Shown: one piece after another, positions 40,501 to 53,329 of the stretch | Layout: each line of letters opens with the position of its first letter | How positions within the stretch are numbered: position 1 is the stretch's first letter | Source: Lingula anatina | Taxonomy: Eukaryota > Animalia > Brachiopoda | Direction: 5' to 3' | NCBI GenBank assembly: GCA_051362555.1 | Contig: CM120648.1 | Coordinates: 13,574,587 to 13,638,586 of the forward strand | Length of the DNA stretch: 64,000 bases | Position numbers and translations under genes: made by a program | Notes under the pieces: generated by a model | What the model was told of the DNA's origin: nothing | What the model saw: the letters and a program-made list of their open reading frames with translations, nothing else | The model's database searches: none

Positions 40501-42600
40501 GACAATAACAGGTAACTTGCCACTTCCTACACAAACAAACACAAGTCATCACATCTGTTGTTTTATTTGAGATAAAATGATTTATTGGAATATTGAAATA
40601 TTTGTTTTTGTAAGTTTTCACTCTTCCACTATAAATGGCCATAAAATACACTTAAATTAGACACCCGTGACGTGATAAGTTTTTGTCAGATTTTCATTGT
40701 TGTAAAGCATCATTTGTACAAATTTCACAAAGATTGGACAACATATATCAAAATTATTAACGTTTAACTATTTTGATCCATGGAATTGGCCATTGTTTTC
40801 AACGTAATTTTTAGTTTTCTTGAATATATTATGCGAAAAAATCCATTTCATTAGACACAGGCAATTGATAATTTTATCTCAGAGTATTACAGTTGTTACG
40901 GTAAGCATCATTTGTACAAATATCACAAACATTAGACCACATTTGTCAAAACTATTAACATTTAACTATTTTTATCCATGGGATTTGCCATTGTTTTCAA
41001 GGTAATTTTTAGTTTTCTGAAATATATTGTCCGAAAAATAGTTTTGATTACACGCAGTTAACTGATAATGTTATCTCAGATTTTTATTGTTATTAGGCAT
41101 CATTTATACAAATTTCACAAACATTGGACAAGATTTGTGAAAATTATTAACATTTAACTATTTTATTCCATGGAATTTTCCCTTTTTCCAGGTAAGCCTT
41201 CCCTTGCAGCCTTGTGGCTTCTTGGTTGACAGACTCTACCTGTCTCTTCATTGCTAATGTCTATAGAAAAAACAGGCATTGAAAGACAACATGGAGAGCA
41301 GTAATATATCTCATCCATGTTTGCAATACATGATATGTGGCAAGATTAAGGACATGGTCAAATGGTGTGCTAACAGTCCTATTCCAGAAACCCACTGTAA
41401 GGATGAGTCTGCATCTGGTATTGGTAGTAAGGAGAAGTCTTGCTTGGTTATATGTTGTTTTTCAGAGAACAATAATAGGTAATTTGCCATTTCCTACACA
41501 AACAAACACAAGTCATCACATTTGTTGTTTTATTTGAGATAAAATGATTTATTGGAATATTGAAATATTTGTTTTTGTAAGTTCTCACTCCTCTGATATG
41601 AGTTGGCCATAAAATACACTTAAATTAAACACAGGGATGTGATAATCTTTTCTCAGATTTTTATTGTTGTAAACCATCATTTGTACAAATTTCACAAAGA
41701 TTGGACCACATTTGTCAAAATTATTAACGTTTAACTATTTTGATCCATGTAATTTGTCATTGTTTTCAATGTAATTTTTAGTTTTCTTGAATATAATGTC
41801 CGAAAAATAGTTTTGATTACACACAGTTAACTGATAATCTTATCTCAGATTTTTATTGTTATTAGGCATCATTTATACAAATTTCACAAACATTGGACCA
41901 GATTTGTGAAAATTATTAACATTTAACTATTTTATTCCATGGAATTTTCCTTTTTCCAGGTAAGCCTTCCATTGCAGCCTTGTGGCTTCTTGGTTGACAG
42001 ACTCTTCCTGTCTCGTTATGGCTAATGCCTATAGAAATGACAGGCATTGAAAGACAACATCAGGAGCAGCTGTGCTCTGTCTCATCCATGTGTGCAATAC
42101 ATGATATGTGGCAAGATTAAATACATGGTCAAATGGTGTGCTAACAGTCCGATTCCAGAAACCCACTGTAAGGATGAGTCTGCATCTGGTATTGGTAGTA
42201 AGGAGAAGTCTTGATTGGGTATATGTTGTTTTTCAGAAGACAATAACAGGTAATTTGCCACTTTCTACACAAACCAACACAAGTCATCACATAAGTTGTT
42301 TTATTTGAGATAAAATGATTTATTGAAATATTGAAATATTTGTTTTTCGTAAGTTCTCACTCTTCTGATATAAATTATCAATAAAATACACTTAAATTAA
42401 ACACAGGGATGTGATAACCTTTTCTCAGATTTTTATTGTTGTAAAGCATCATTTGTACAAATTTCACAAAGATTAGACCAGATTTGTGAAAATTATTAAC
42501 GTTTAACTATTTTGATCCATGTAATTTGCCATTGTTTTCAATGTAATTTTTAGTTTTCTCGAATATATTGTCCGAAAAATAGTTTTGATTACACACAGTC
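37530..42600 (+). repeat. 2,508-bp three-unit higher-order repeat, 2 copies
   Basis: ORFs 37895/40403, 38771/41279 and 39600/42108 are 2,508 apart. Boundaries are approximate. Confidence 0.9.
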
Positions 42601-45600
42601 AACTGATAATCTTATCTCAGATTTTTATTGTTATTAGGCATCATTTATACAAATTTCACAAACATTGGACCAGATTTGTGAAAATTATTAACATTTAACT
42701 ATTTTATTCCATGGAATTTTCCCTTTTTCCAGGTAAACCTTCCATTGCAGCCTTGTGGCTTCTTGGTTGACAGACTCTTCCTGTCTCTTTATGGCTAATG
42801 CCTATAGAAAAAACAGGCATTGAAAGACAACATGGAGAGCAGTGTTATATCTCATCCATGTGTGCAATACATGATATCTGGCAAGATTAAGGACATGGTC
42901 AAATGGTGTGCTAACAGTCCGATTCCAGAAACCCACTATAAGGATGAGTCTGCATCTGGAATTGGTAGTAAGGAGAAGTCTTGCTTGGTTATATGTTGTT
43001 TTTCAGAGAACAATAATAGGTAATTTGCCATTTCCTACACAAACAAACACAAGTCATCACATATGTTGTTTTATTTGAGATAAAATGATTTATTGGAATA
43101 TTGAAATATTTGTTTTTCGTAAGTTCTCACTCTTCTGATATGAATTGACAGTAAAATACACTTAAATTAAACACAGGGATGTGATAATTTTTTCTCAGAT
43201 TTTTATTGTTGTAAACCATCATTTGTACATATTACACAAAGATTGGACCACAATTGTCAACATTATTAACGTTTAACTATTTTGATCCATGTAATTTGCC
43301 ATTGGTTCAATGTAATTTTTAGTTTTCTCGAATATATTGTCCGAAAAATAGTTTTGATTACACACAGTCAACTGATAATCGTATCTCAGATTTTTATTGT
43401 TATTAGGCATTATTTATACAAATTTCACAAACATTGGACCAGATTTGTGAAAATTATTAACATTTAACTATTTTATTCCATGGAATTTGCCCTTTTTCCA
43501 GGTAAACCTTCCATTGCAGTCTTGTGGCTTCTTGGTTGACAGACTCTTCCTGTCTCTTTATGGCTAATGCCTATAGAAAAAACAGGCATTGAAAGACAAC
43601 ATCAGGAGCAGTGCTCTGTCTCATCCATGTGTGCAATACGTGATATTTGGGAAGATTAAAGACATGATCAAATGGTGTGCTAACAGTCCAATTCCAGAAA
43701 CCCACTGTAAGGAGGAATCTGCATCTTCCATCTGCATCTGGTATTGGTAGTAAGGAGAAGTATTGATTGGGTATATGTTGTATGTCAGAAGACAATAACA
43801 GGTAATTTGCCACTTCCTACACAAACAAACACAAGTCATCACATCTGTTGTTTTATTTGAGATAAAATGATTTATTGGAATATTGAAATATTTGTTTTTG
43901 TAAGTTTTCACTCTTCCACTATAAATGGCCATAAAATACACTTAAATTAGACACCCGTGACGTGATAAGTTTTTGTCAGATTTTCATTGTTGTAAAGCAT
44001 CATTTGTACAAATTTCACAAAGATTGGACAACATATATCAAAATTATTAACGTTTAACTATTTTGATCCATGGAATTGGCCATTGTTTTCAACGTAATTT
44101 TTTAGTTTTCTTGAATATATTATGCGAAAAAATCCATTTCATTAGACACAGGCAATTGATAATCTTATCTCAGAGTATTACAGTTGTTACGGTAAGCATC
44201 ATTTGTACAAATATCACAAACATTAGACCACATTTGTCAAAACTATTAACATTTAACTATTTTTATCCATGGGATTTGCCATTGTTTTCAAGGTAATTTT
44301 TAGTTTTCTGAAATATATTGTCCAAAAAATAGTTTTGATTACACGCAGTTAACTGATAATGTTATCTCAGATTTTTATTGTTATTAGTCATCATTTATAC
44401 AAATTTCACAAACATTGGACAAGATTTGTGAAAATTATTAACATTTAACTATTTTATTCCATGGAATTTTCCCTTTTTCCAGGTAAGCCTTCCCTTGCAG
44501 CCTTGTGGCTTCTTGGTTGACAGACTCTACCTGTCTCTTCATTGCTAATGTCTATAGAAAAAACAGGCATTGAAAGACAACATGGAGAGCAGTAATATAT
44601 CTCATCCATGTTTGCAATACATGATATGTGGCAAGATTAAGGACATGGTCAAATGGTGTGCTAACAGTCCTATTCCAGAAACCCACTGTAAGGATGAGTC
44701 TGCATCTGGTATTGGTAGTAAGAAGTCTTGCTTGGTTATATGTTGTTTTTCAGAGAACAATAATAGGTAATTTGCCATTTCCTACACAAACAAACACAAG
44801 TCATCACATTTGTTGTTTTATTTGAGATAAAATGATTTATTGGAATATTGAAATATTTGTTTTTGTAAGTTCTCACTCCTCTGATATGAGTTGGCCATAA
44901 AATACACTTAAATTAAACACAGGGATGTGATAATCTTTTCTCAGATTTTTATTGTTGTAAACCATCATTTGTACAAATTTCACAAAGATTGGACCACAAT
45001 TGTCAACATTATTAATGTTTAACTATTTTGATCCATGTAATTTGCCATTGGTTCAATGTAATTTTTAGTTTTCTCGAATATATTGTCCGAAAAATAGTTT
45101 TGATTACACACAGTCAACTGATAATCGTATCTCAGATTTTTATTGTTATTAGGCATTATTTATACAAATTTCACAAACATTGGACCAGATTTGTGAAAAT
45201 TATTAACATTTAACTATTTTATTCCATGGAATTTGCCCTTTTTCCAGGTAAACCTTCCATTGCAGTCTTGTGGCTTCTTGGTTGACAGACTCTTCCTGTC
45301 TCGTTATGGCTAATGCCTATAGAAATGACAGGCATTGAAAGACAACATCAGGAGCAGCTGTGCTCTGTCTCATCCATGTGTGCAATACATGATATGTGGC
45401 AAGATTAAATACATGGTCAAATGGTGTGCTAACAGTCCGATTCCAGAAACCCACTGTAAGGATGAGTCTGCATCTGGTATTGGTAGTAAGGAGAAGTCTT
45501 GATTGGGTATATGTTGTTTTTCAGAAGACAATAACAGGTAATTTGCCACTTTCTACACAAACCAACACAAGTCATCACCTAAGTTGTTTTATTTGAGATA

Positions 45601-45839
45601 AAATGATTTATTGAAATATTGAAATATTTGTTTTTCGTAAGTTCTCACTCTTCTGATATAAATTATCAATAAAATACACTTAAATTAAACACAGGGATGT
45701 GATAACCTTTTCTCAGATTTTTATTGTTGTAAAGCATCATTTGTACAAATTTCACAAAGATTAGACCAGATTTGTGAAAATTATTAACGTTTAACTATTT
45801 TGATCCATGTAATTTGCCATTGTTTTCAATGTAATTTTT

Positions 45840-45886
45840 ATGTACAGACACAGATGTGTCTGTACATATTGCCATCACCTGCGTCT

Positions 45887-45917
<31 letters not shown>

Positions 45918-45968
45918 CCGATGCCGATGCCGTCGCCGATGCCGGCGCCGTGCACTTTCAGTGTTATT
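45840..45968 (+). mobile_element. 129-bp copy of the HINE-like insertion
   Basis: Paralog of 5820-5948 at offset 40,020. Confidence 0.75.
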
Positions 45969-48468
45969 AGTTTTCTCGAATATATTGTCCGAAAAATAGT
46001 TTTGATTACACACAGTCAACTGATAATCTTATCTCAGATTTTTATTGTTATTAGGCATCATTTATACAAATTTCACAAACATTGGACCAGATTTGTGAAA
46101 ATTATTAACATTTAACTATTTTATTCCATGGAATTTTCCCTTTTTCCAGGTAAACCTTCCATTGCAGCCTTGTGGCTTCTTGGTTGACAGACTCTTCCTG
46201 TCTCTTTATGGCTAATGCCTATAGAAAAAACAGGCATTGAAAGACAACATGGAGAGCAGTGTTATATCTCATCCATGTGTGCAATACATGATATGTGGCA
46301 AGATTAAGGACATGGTCAAATGGTGTGCTAACAGTCCGATTCCAGAAACCCACTATAAGGATGAGTCTGCATCTGGAATTGGTAGTAAGGAGAAGTCTTG
46401 CTTGGTTATATGTTGTTTTTCAGAGAACAATAATAGGTAATTTACCATTTCCTACACAAACAAACACAAGTCATCACATATGTTGTTTTATTTGAGATAA
46501 AATGATTTATTGGAATATTGAAATATTTGTTTTTCGTAAGTTCTCACTCTTCTGATATGAATTGACAATAAAATACACTTAAATTAAACACAGGGATGTG
46601 ATAATTTTTTCTCAGATTTTTATTGTTGTAAAGCATCATTTGTACATATTACACAAAGATTGGACCACAATTGTCAACATTATTAACGTTTAACTATTTT
46701 GATCCATGTAATTTGCCATTGGTTCAATGTAATTTTTAGTTTTCTCGAATATATTGTCCGAAAAATAGTTTTGATTACACACAGTCAACTGATAATCGTA
46801 TCTCAGATTTTTATTGTTATTAGGCATTATTTACACAAATTTCACAAACATTGGACCAGATTTGTGAAAATTATTAACATTTAACTATTTTATTCCATGG
46901 AATTTGCCCTTTTTCCAGGTAAACCTTCCATTGCAGTCTTGTGGCTTCTTGGTTGACAGACTCTTCCTGTCTCTTTATGGCTAATGCCTATAGAAAAAAC
47001 AGGCATTGAAAGACAACATCAGGAGCAGTGCTCTGTCTCATCCATGTGTCCAATACGTGATATTTGGGAAGATTAAAGACATGATCAAATGGTGTGCTAA
47101 CAGTCCAATTCCAGAAACCCACTGTAAGGATGAGTCTGCATCTGGTATTGGTAGTAAGGAGAAGTATTGATTGGGTATATGTTGTATGTCAGAAGACAAT
47201 AACAGGTAATTTGCCACTTCCTACACAAACAAACACAAGTCATCACATTTGTTGTTTTATTTGAGATAAAATGATTTATTGGAATATTGAAATATTTGTT
47301 TTTGTAAGTTTTCACTCTTCCACTATAAATGGCCATAAAATACACTTAAATTAGACACCCGTGACGTGATAAGTTTTTGTCAGATTTTCATTGTTGTAAA
47401 GCATCATTTGTACAAATTTCACAAAGATTGGACAACATATATCAAAATTATTAACGTTTAACTATTTTGATCCATGGAATTGGCCATTGTTTTCAACGTA
47501 ATTTTTAGTTTTCTTCAATATATTATGCGAAAAAATCCATTTCATTAGACACAGGCAATTGATAATCTTATCTCAGAGTATTACAGTTGTTACAGTAAGC
47601 ATCATTTGTACAAATATCACAAACATTAGACCACATTTGTCAAAACTATTAACATTTAACTATTTTTATCCATGGGATTTGCCATTGTTTTCAAGGTAAT
47701 TTTTAGTTTTCTGAAATATATTGTCCGAAAAATAGTTTTGATTACACACAGTTAACTGATAATCTTATCTCAGATTTTTATTGTTATTAGGCATCATTTA
47801 TACAAATTTCACAAACATTGGACCAGATTTGTGAAAATTATTAACATTTAACTATTTTATTCCATGGAATTTTCCTTTTTCCAGGTAAGCCTTCCATTGC
47901 AGCCTTGTGGCTTCTTGGTTGACAGACTCTTCCTGTCTCGTTATGGCTAATGCCTATAGAAATGACAGGCATTGAAAGACAACATCAGGAGCAGCTGTGC
48001 TCTGTCTCATCCATGTGTGCAATACATGATATGTGGCAAGATGAAATACATGGTCAAATGGTGTGCTAACAGTCCGAATCCAGAATCCCACTGTAAGGAT
48101 GAGTCTGCATCTGGTATTGGTAGTAAGGAGAAGTCTTGATTGGGTATATGTTGTTTTTCAGAAGACAATAACAGGTAATTTGCCACTTTCTACACAAACC
48201 AACACAAGTCATCACCTAAGTTGTTTTATTTGAGATAAAATGATTTATTGAAATATTTGTTTTTCGTAAGTTCTCACTCTTCTGATATAAATTATCAATA
48301 AAATACACTTAAATTAAACACAGGGATGTGATAACCTTTTCTCAGATTTTTATTGTTGTAAAGCATCATTTGTACAAATTTCACAAAGATTAGACCAGAT
48401 TTGTGAAAATTATTAACGTTTAACTATTTTGATCCATGTAATTTGCCATTGTTTTCAATGTAATTTTT

Positions 48469-48588
48469 ATGTACAGACACAGATGTGTCTGTACATATTG
48501 CCATCACCTGCGTCTGTCGTCGCCGTCGTCGCCGTCGCCGATGCCGATGCCGTCGCCGATGCCGGCGCCGTGCACTTTCAGTGTTATT
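48469..48588 (+). mobile_element. 120-bp copy of the HINE-like insertion
   Basis: Paralog of 8449-8568 at offset 40,020. Confidence 0.75.
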
Positions 48589-51500
48589 AGTTTTCTCGAA
48601 TATATTGTCCGAAAAATAGTTTTGATTACACACAGTCAACTGATAATCTTATCTCAGATTTTTATTGTTATTAGGCATCATTTATACAAATTTCACAAAC
48701 ATTGGACCAGATTTGTGAAAATTATTAACATTTAACTATTTTATTCCATGGAATTTTCCCTTTTTCCAGGTAAACCTTCCATTGCAGCCTTGTGGCTTCT
48801 TGGTTGACAGACTCTTCCTGTCTCTTTATGGCTAATGCCTATAGAAAAAACAGGCATTGAAAGACAACATGGAGAGCAGTGTTATATCTCATCCATGTGT
48901 GCAATACATGATATGTGGCAAGATTAAGGACATGGTCAAATGGTGTGCTAACAGTCCGATTCCAGAAACCCACTATAAGGATGAGTCTGCATCTGGAATT
49001 GGTAGTAAGGAGAAGTCTTGCTTGGTTATATGTTGTTTTTCAGAGAACAATAATAGGTAATTTGCCATTTCCTACACAAACAAACACAAGTCATCACATA
49101 TGTTGTTTTATTTGAGATAAAATGATTTATTGGAATATTGAAATATTTGTTTTTCGTAAGTTCTCACTCTTCTGATATGAATTGACAATAAAATACACTT
49201 AAATTAAACACAGGGATGTGATAATTTTTTCTCAGATTTTTATTGTTGTAAACCATCATTTGTACATATTACACAAAGATTGGACCACAATTGTCAACAT
49301 TATTAACGTTTAACTATTTTGATCCATGTAATTTGCCATTGGTTCAATGTAATTTTTAGTTTTCTCGAATATATTGTCCGAAAAATAGTTTTGATTACAC
49401 ACAGTCAACTGATAATCGTATCTCAGATTTTTATTGTTATTAGGCATTATTTACACAAATTTCACAAACATTGGACCAGATTTGTGAAAATTATTAACAT
49501 TTAACTATTTTATTCCATGGAATTTGCCCTTTTTCCAGGTAAACCTTCCATTGCAGTCTTGTGGCTTCTTGGTTGACAGACTCTTCCTGTCTCTTTATGG
49601 CTAATGCCTATAGAAAAAACAGGCATTGAAAGACAACATCAGGAGCAGTGCTCTGTCTCATCCATGTGTCCAATACGTGATATTTGGGAAGATTAAAGAC
49701 ATGATCAAATGGTGTGCTAACAGTCCAATTCCAGAAACCCACTGTAAGGATGAGTCTGCATCTGGTATTGGTAGTAAGGAGAAGTATTGATTGGGTATAT
49801 GTTGTATGTCAGAAGACAATAACAGGTAATTTGCCACTTCCTACACAAACAAACACAAGTCATCACATTTGTTGTTTTATTTGAGATAAAATGATTTATT
49901 GGAATATTGAAATATTTGTTTTTGTAAGTTTTCACTCTTCCACTATAAATGGCCATAAAATACACTTAAATTAGACACCCGTGACGTGATAAGTTTTTGT
50001 CAGATTTTCATTGTTGTAAAGCATCATTTGTACAAATTTCACACAAAGATTGGACAACATATATCAAAATTATTAACGTTTAACTATTTTGATCCATGGA
50101 ATTGGCCATTGTTTTCAACGTAATTTTTAGTTTTCTTCAATATATTATGCGAAAAAATCCATTTCATTAGACACAGGCAATTGATAATCTTATCTCAGAG
50201 TATTACAGTTGTTACAGTAAGCATCATTTGTACAAATATCACAAACATTAGACCACATTTGTCAAAACTATTAACATTTAACTATTTTTATCCATGGGAT
50301 TTGCCATTGTTTTCAAGGTAATTTTTAGTTTTCTGAAATATATTGTCCGAAAAATAGTTTTGATTACACACAGTTAACTGATAATGTTATCTCAGATTTT
50401 TATTGTTATTAGGCATCATTTATACAAATTTCACAAACATTGGACAAGATTTGTGAAAATTATTAACATTTAACTATTTTATTCCATGGAATTTTCCCTT
50501 TTTCCAGGTAAGCCTTCCCTTGCAGCCTTGTGGCTTCTTGGTTGACAGACTCTACCTGTCTCTTCATTGCTAATGTCTATAGAAAAAACAGGCATTGAAA
50601 GACAACATGGAGAGCAGTAATATATCTCATCCATGTTTGCAATACATGATATGTGGCAAGATTAAGGACATGGTCAAATGGTGTGCTAACAGTCCTATTC
50701 CAGAAACCCACTGTAAGGATGAGTCTGCATCTGGTATTGGTAGTAAGAAGTCTTGCTTGGTTATATGTTGTTTTTCAGAGAACAATAATAGGTAATTTGC
50801 CATTTCCTACACAAACAAACACAAGTCATCACATTTGTTGTTTTATTTGAGATAAAATGATTTATTGGAATATTGAAATATTTGTTTTTGTAAGTTCTCA
50901 CTCCTCTGATATGAGTTGGCCATAAAATACACTTAAATTAAACACAGGGATGTGATAATCTTTTCTCAGATTTTTATTGTTGTAAACCATCATTTGTACA
51001 AATTTCACAAAGATTGGACCACATTTGTCAAAATTATTAACGTTTAACTATTTTGATCCATGTAATTTGTCATTGTTTTCAATGTAATTTTTAGTTTTCT
51101 TGAATATAATGTCCGAAAAATAGTTTTGATTACACACAGTTAACTGATAATCTTATCTCAGATTTTTATTGTTATTAGGCATCATTTATACAAATTTCAC
51201 AAACATTGGACCAGATTTGTGAAAATTATTAACATTTAACTATTTTATTCCATGGAATTTTCCTTTTTCCAGGTAAGCCTTCCATTGCAGCCTTGTGGCT
51301 TCTTGGTTGACAGACTCTTCCTGTCTCGTTATGGCTAATGCCTATAGAAATGACAGGCATTGAAAGACAACATCAGGAGCAGCTGTGCTCTGTCTCATCC
51401 ATGTGTGCAATACATGATATGTGGCAAGATTAAATACATGGTCAAATGGTGTGCTAACAGTCCGATTCCAGAAACCCACTGTAAGGATGAGTCTGCATCT

Positions 51501-51864
51501 GGTATTGGTAGTAAGGAGAAGTCTTGATTGGGTATATGTTGTTTTTCAGAAGACAATAACAGGTAATTTGCCACTTTCTACACAAACCAACACAAGTCAT
51601 CACCTAAGTTGTTTTATTTGAGATAAAATGATTTATTGAAATATTGAAATATTTGTTTTTCGTAACTTCTCACTCTTCTGATATAAATTATCAATAAAAT
51701 ACACTTAAATTAAACACAGGGATGTGATAACCTTTTCTCAGATTTTTATTGTTGTAAAGCATCATTTGTACAAATTTCACAAAGATTAGACCAGATTTGT
51801 GAAAATTATTAACGTTTAACTATTTTGATCCATGTAATTTGCCATTGTTTTCAATGTAATTTTT

Positions 51865-51984
51865 ATGTACAGACACAGATGTGTCTGTACATATTGCCAT
51901 CACCTGCGTCTGTCGTCGCCGTCGTCGCCGTCGCCGATGCCGATGCCGTCGCCGATGCCGGCGCCGTGCACTTTCAGTGTTATT
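51865..51984 (+). mobile_element. 120-bp copy of the HINE-like insertion
   Basis: Same sequence and insertion site as the other copies. Confidence 0.75.
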
Positions 51985-52934
51985 AGTTTTCTCGAATATA
52001 TTGTCCGAAAAATAGTTTTGATTACACACAGTCAACTGATAATCTTATCTCAGATTTTTATTGTTATTAGGCATCATTTATACAAATTTCACAAACATTG
52101 GACCAGATTTGTGAAAATTATTAACATTTAACTATTTTATTCCATGGAATTTTCCCTTTTTCCAGGTAAACCTTCCATTGCAGCCTTGTGGCTTCTTGGT
52201 TGACAGACTCTTCCTGTCTCTTTATGGCTAATGCCTATAGAAAAAACAGGCATTGAAAGACAACATGGAGAGCAGTGTTATATCTCATCCATGTGTGCAA
52301 TACATGATATGTGGCAAGATTAAGGACATGGTCAAATGGTGTGCTAACAGTCCGATTCCAGAAACCCACTATAAGGATGAGTCTGCATCTGGAATTGGTA
52401 GTAAGGAGAAGTCTTGCTTGGTTATATGTTGTTTTTCAGAGAACAATAATAGGTAATTTACCATTTCCTACACAAACAAACACAAGTCATCACATATGTT
52501 GTTTTATTTGAGATAAAATGATTTATTGGAATATTGAAATATTTGTTTTTCGTAAGTTCTCACTCTTCTGATATGAATTGACAATAAAATACACTTAAAT
52601 TAAACACAGGGATGTGATAATTTTTTCTCAGATTTTTATTGTTGTAAACCATCATTTGTACATATTACACAAAGATTGGACCACAATTGTCAACATTATT
52701 AACGTTTAACTATTTTGATCCATGTAATTTGCCATTGGTTCAATGTAATTTTTAGTTTTCTCGAATATATTGTCCGAAAAATAGTTTTGATTACACACAG
52801 TCAACTGATAATCGTATCTCAGATTTTTATTGTTATTAGGCATTATTTACACAAATTTCACAAACATTGGACCAGATTTGTGAAAATTATTAACATTTAA
52901 CTATTTTATTCCATGGAATTTGCCCTTTTTCCAG

Positions 52935-53221
52935 GTAAACCTTCCATTGCAGTCTTGTGGCTTCTTGGTTGACAGACTCTTCCTGTCTCTTTATGGCTAA
53001 TGCCTATAGAAAAAACAGGCATTGAAAGACAACATCAGGAGCAGTGCTCTGTCTCATCCATGTGTCCAATACGTGATATTTGGGAAGATTAAAGACATGA
53101 TCAAATGGTGTGCTAACAGTCCAATTCCAGAAACCCACTGTAAGGATGAGTCTGCATCTGGTATTGGTAGTAAGGAGAAGTATTGATTGGGTATATGTTG
53201 TATGTCAGAAGACAATAACAG
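52935..53221 (+). other. Last copy of the 287-nt exon-like cassette
   Basis: TTTGCCCTTTTTCCAG|GTAAAC ... AACAG|GTAATT. Sequence ~90 nt downstream starts to diverge from the array consensus. Confidence 0.55.
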
Positions 53222-53329
53222 GTAATTTGCCACTTCCTACACAAACAAACACAAGTCATCACATCTGTTGTTTTATTTGAGATAAAATGATTTATTGGAA
53301 TATTGAAATAATTGTTTTTGTAAATTCTT

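Larger units (their letters stand above)
40247..50745 (+). repeat. ~10.5-kb near-identical duplicate of ~240-10,725
   Basis: ORF offsets are 40,007 (396/40403, 1272/41279, 2813/42820), then 40,020 after a 13-bp insertion at ~43.72 kb (4550/44570, 5820/45840, 9697/49717). Private variants are shared, including the 3-bp deletion AGTAAGAAG, the 8-bp deletion at ~8230/48250 and the extra CA at ~10021/50041. Confidence 0.93.
1..53320 (+). repeat. Complex tandem macrosatellite of 63 units (mostly ~770 bp or ~965 bp), open at the left window edge
   Basis: The core start (G after TTCCAG) recurs at 218, 1185, 1953, 2726, 3495, 4463, 5228, 6130, 6899, 7865, 8750, 9519, 10488, 11258, 12039, 12809, 13579, 14542, 15503, 16478, 17441, 18210, 18983, 19754, 20717, 21678, 22653, 23616, 24385, 25158, 25929, 26892, 27853, 28617, 29592, 30366, 31329, 32098, (5'-truncated core at ~32677), 33326, 34289, 35058, 35985, 36948, 37717, 38684, 39452, 40225, 41192, 41960, 42733, 43502, 44483, 45248, 46150, 46919, 47885, 48770, 49539, 50508, 51273, 52166 and 52935. 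All units share one orientation. The short ORFs in the track repeat with the same periods. Confidence 0.98.

Noticed and set aside
1-53320. CRISPR-like repeat/spacer array
   Set aside because: Units are hundreds of bp with homologous rather than unique spacers, there are no cas genes, and the context is eukaryotic.
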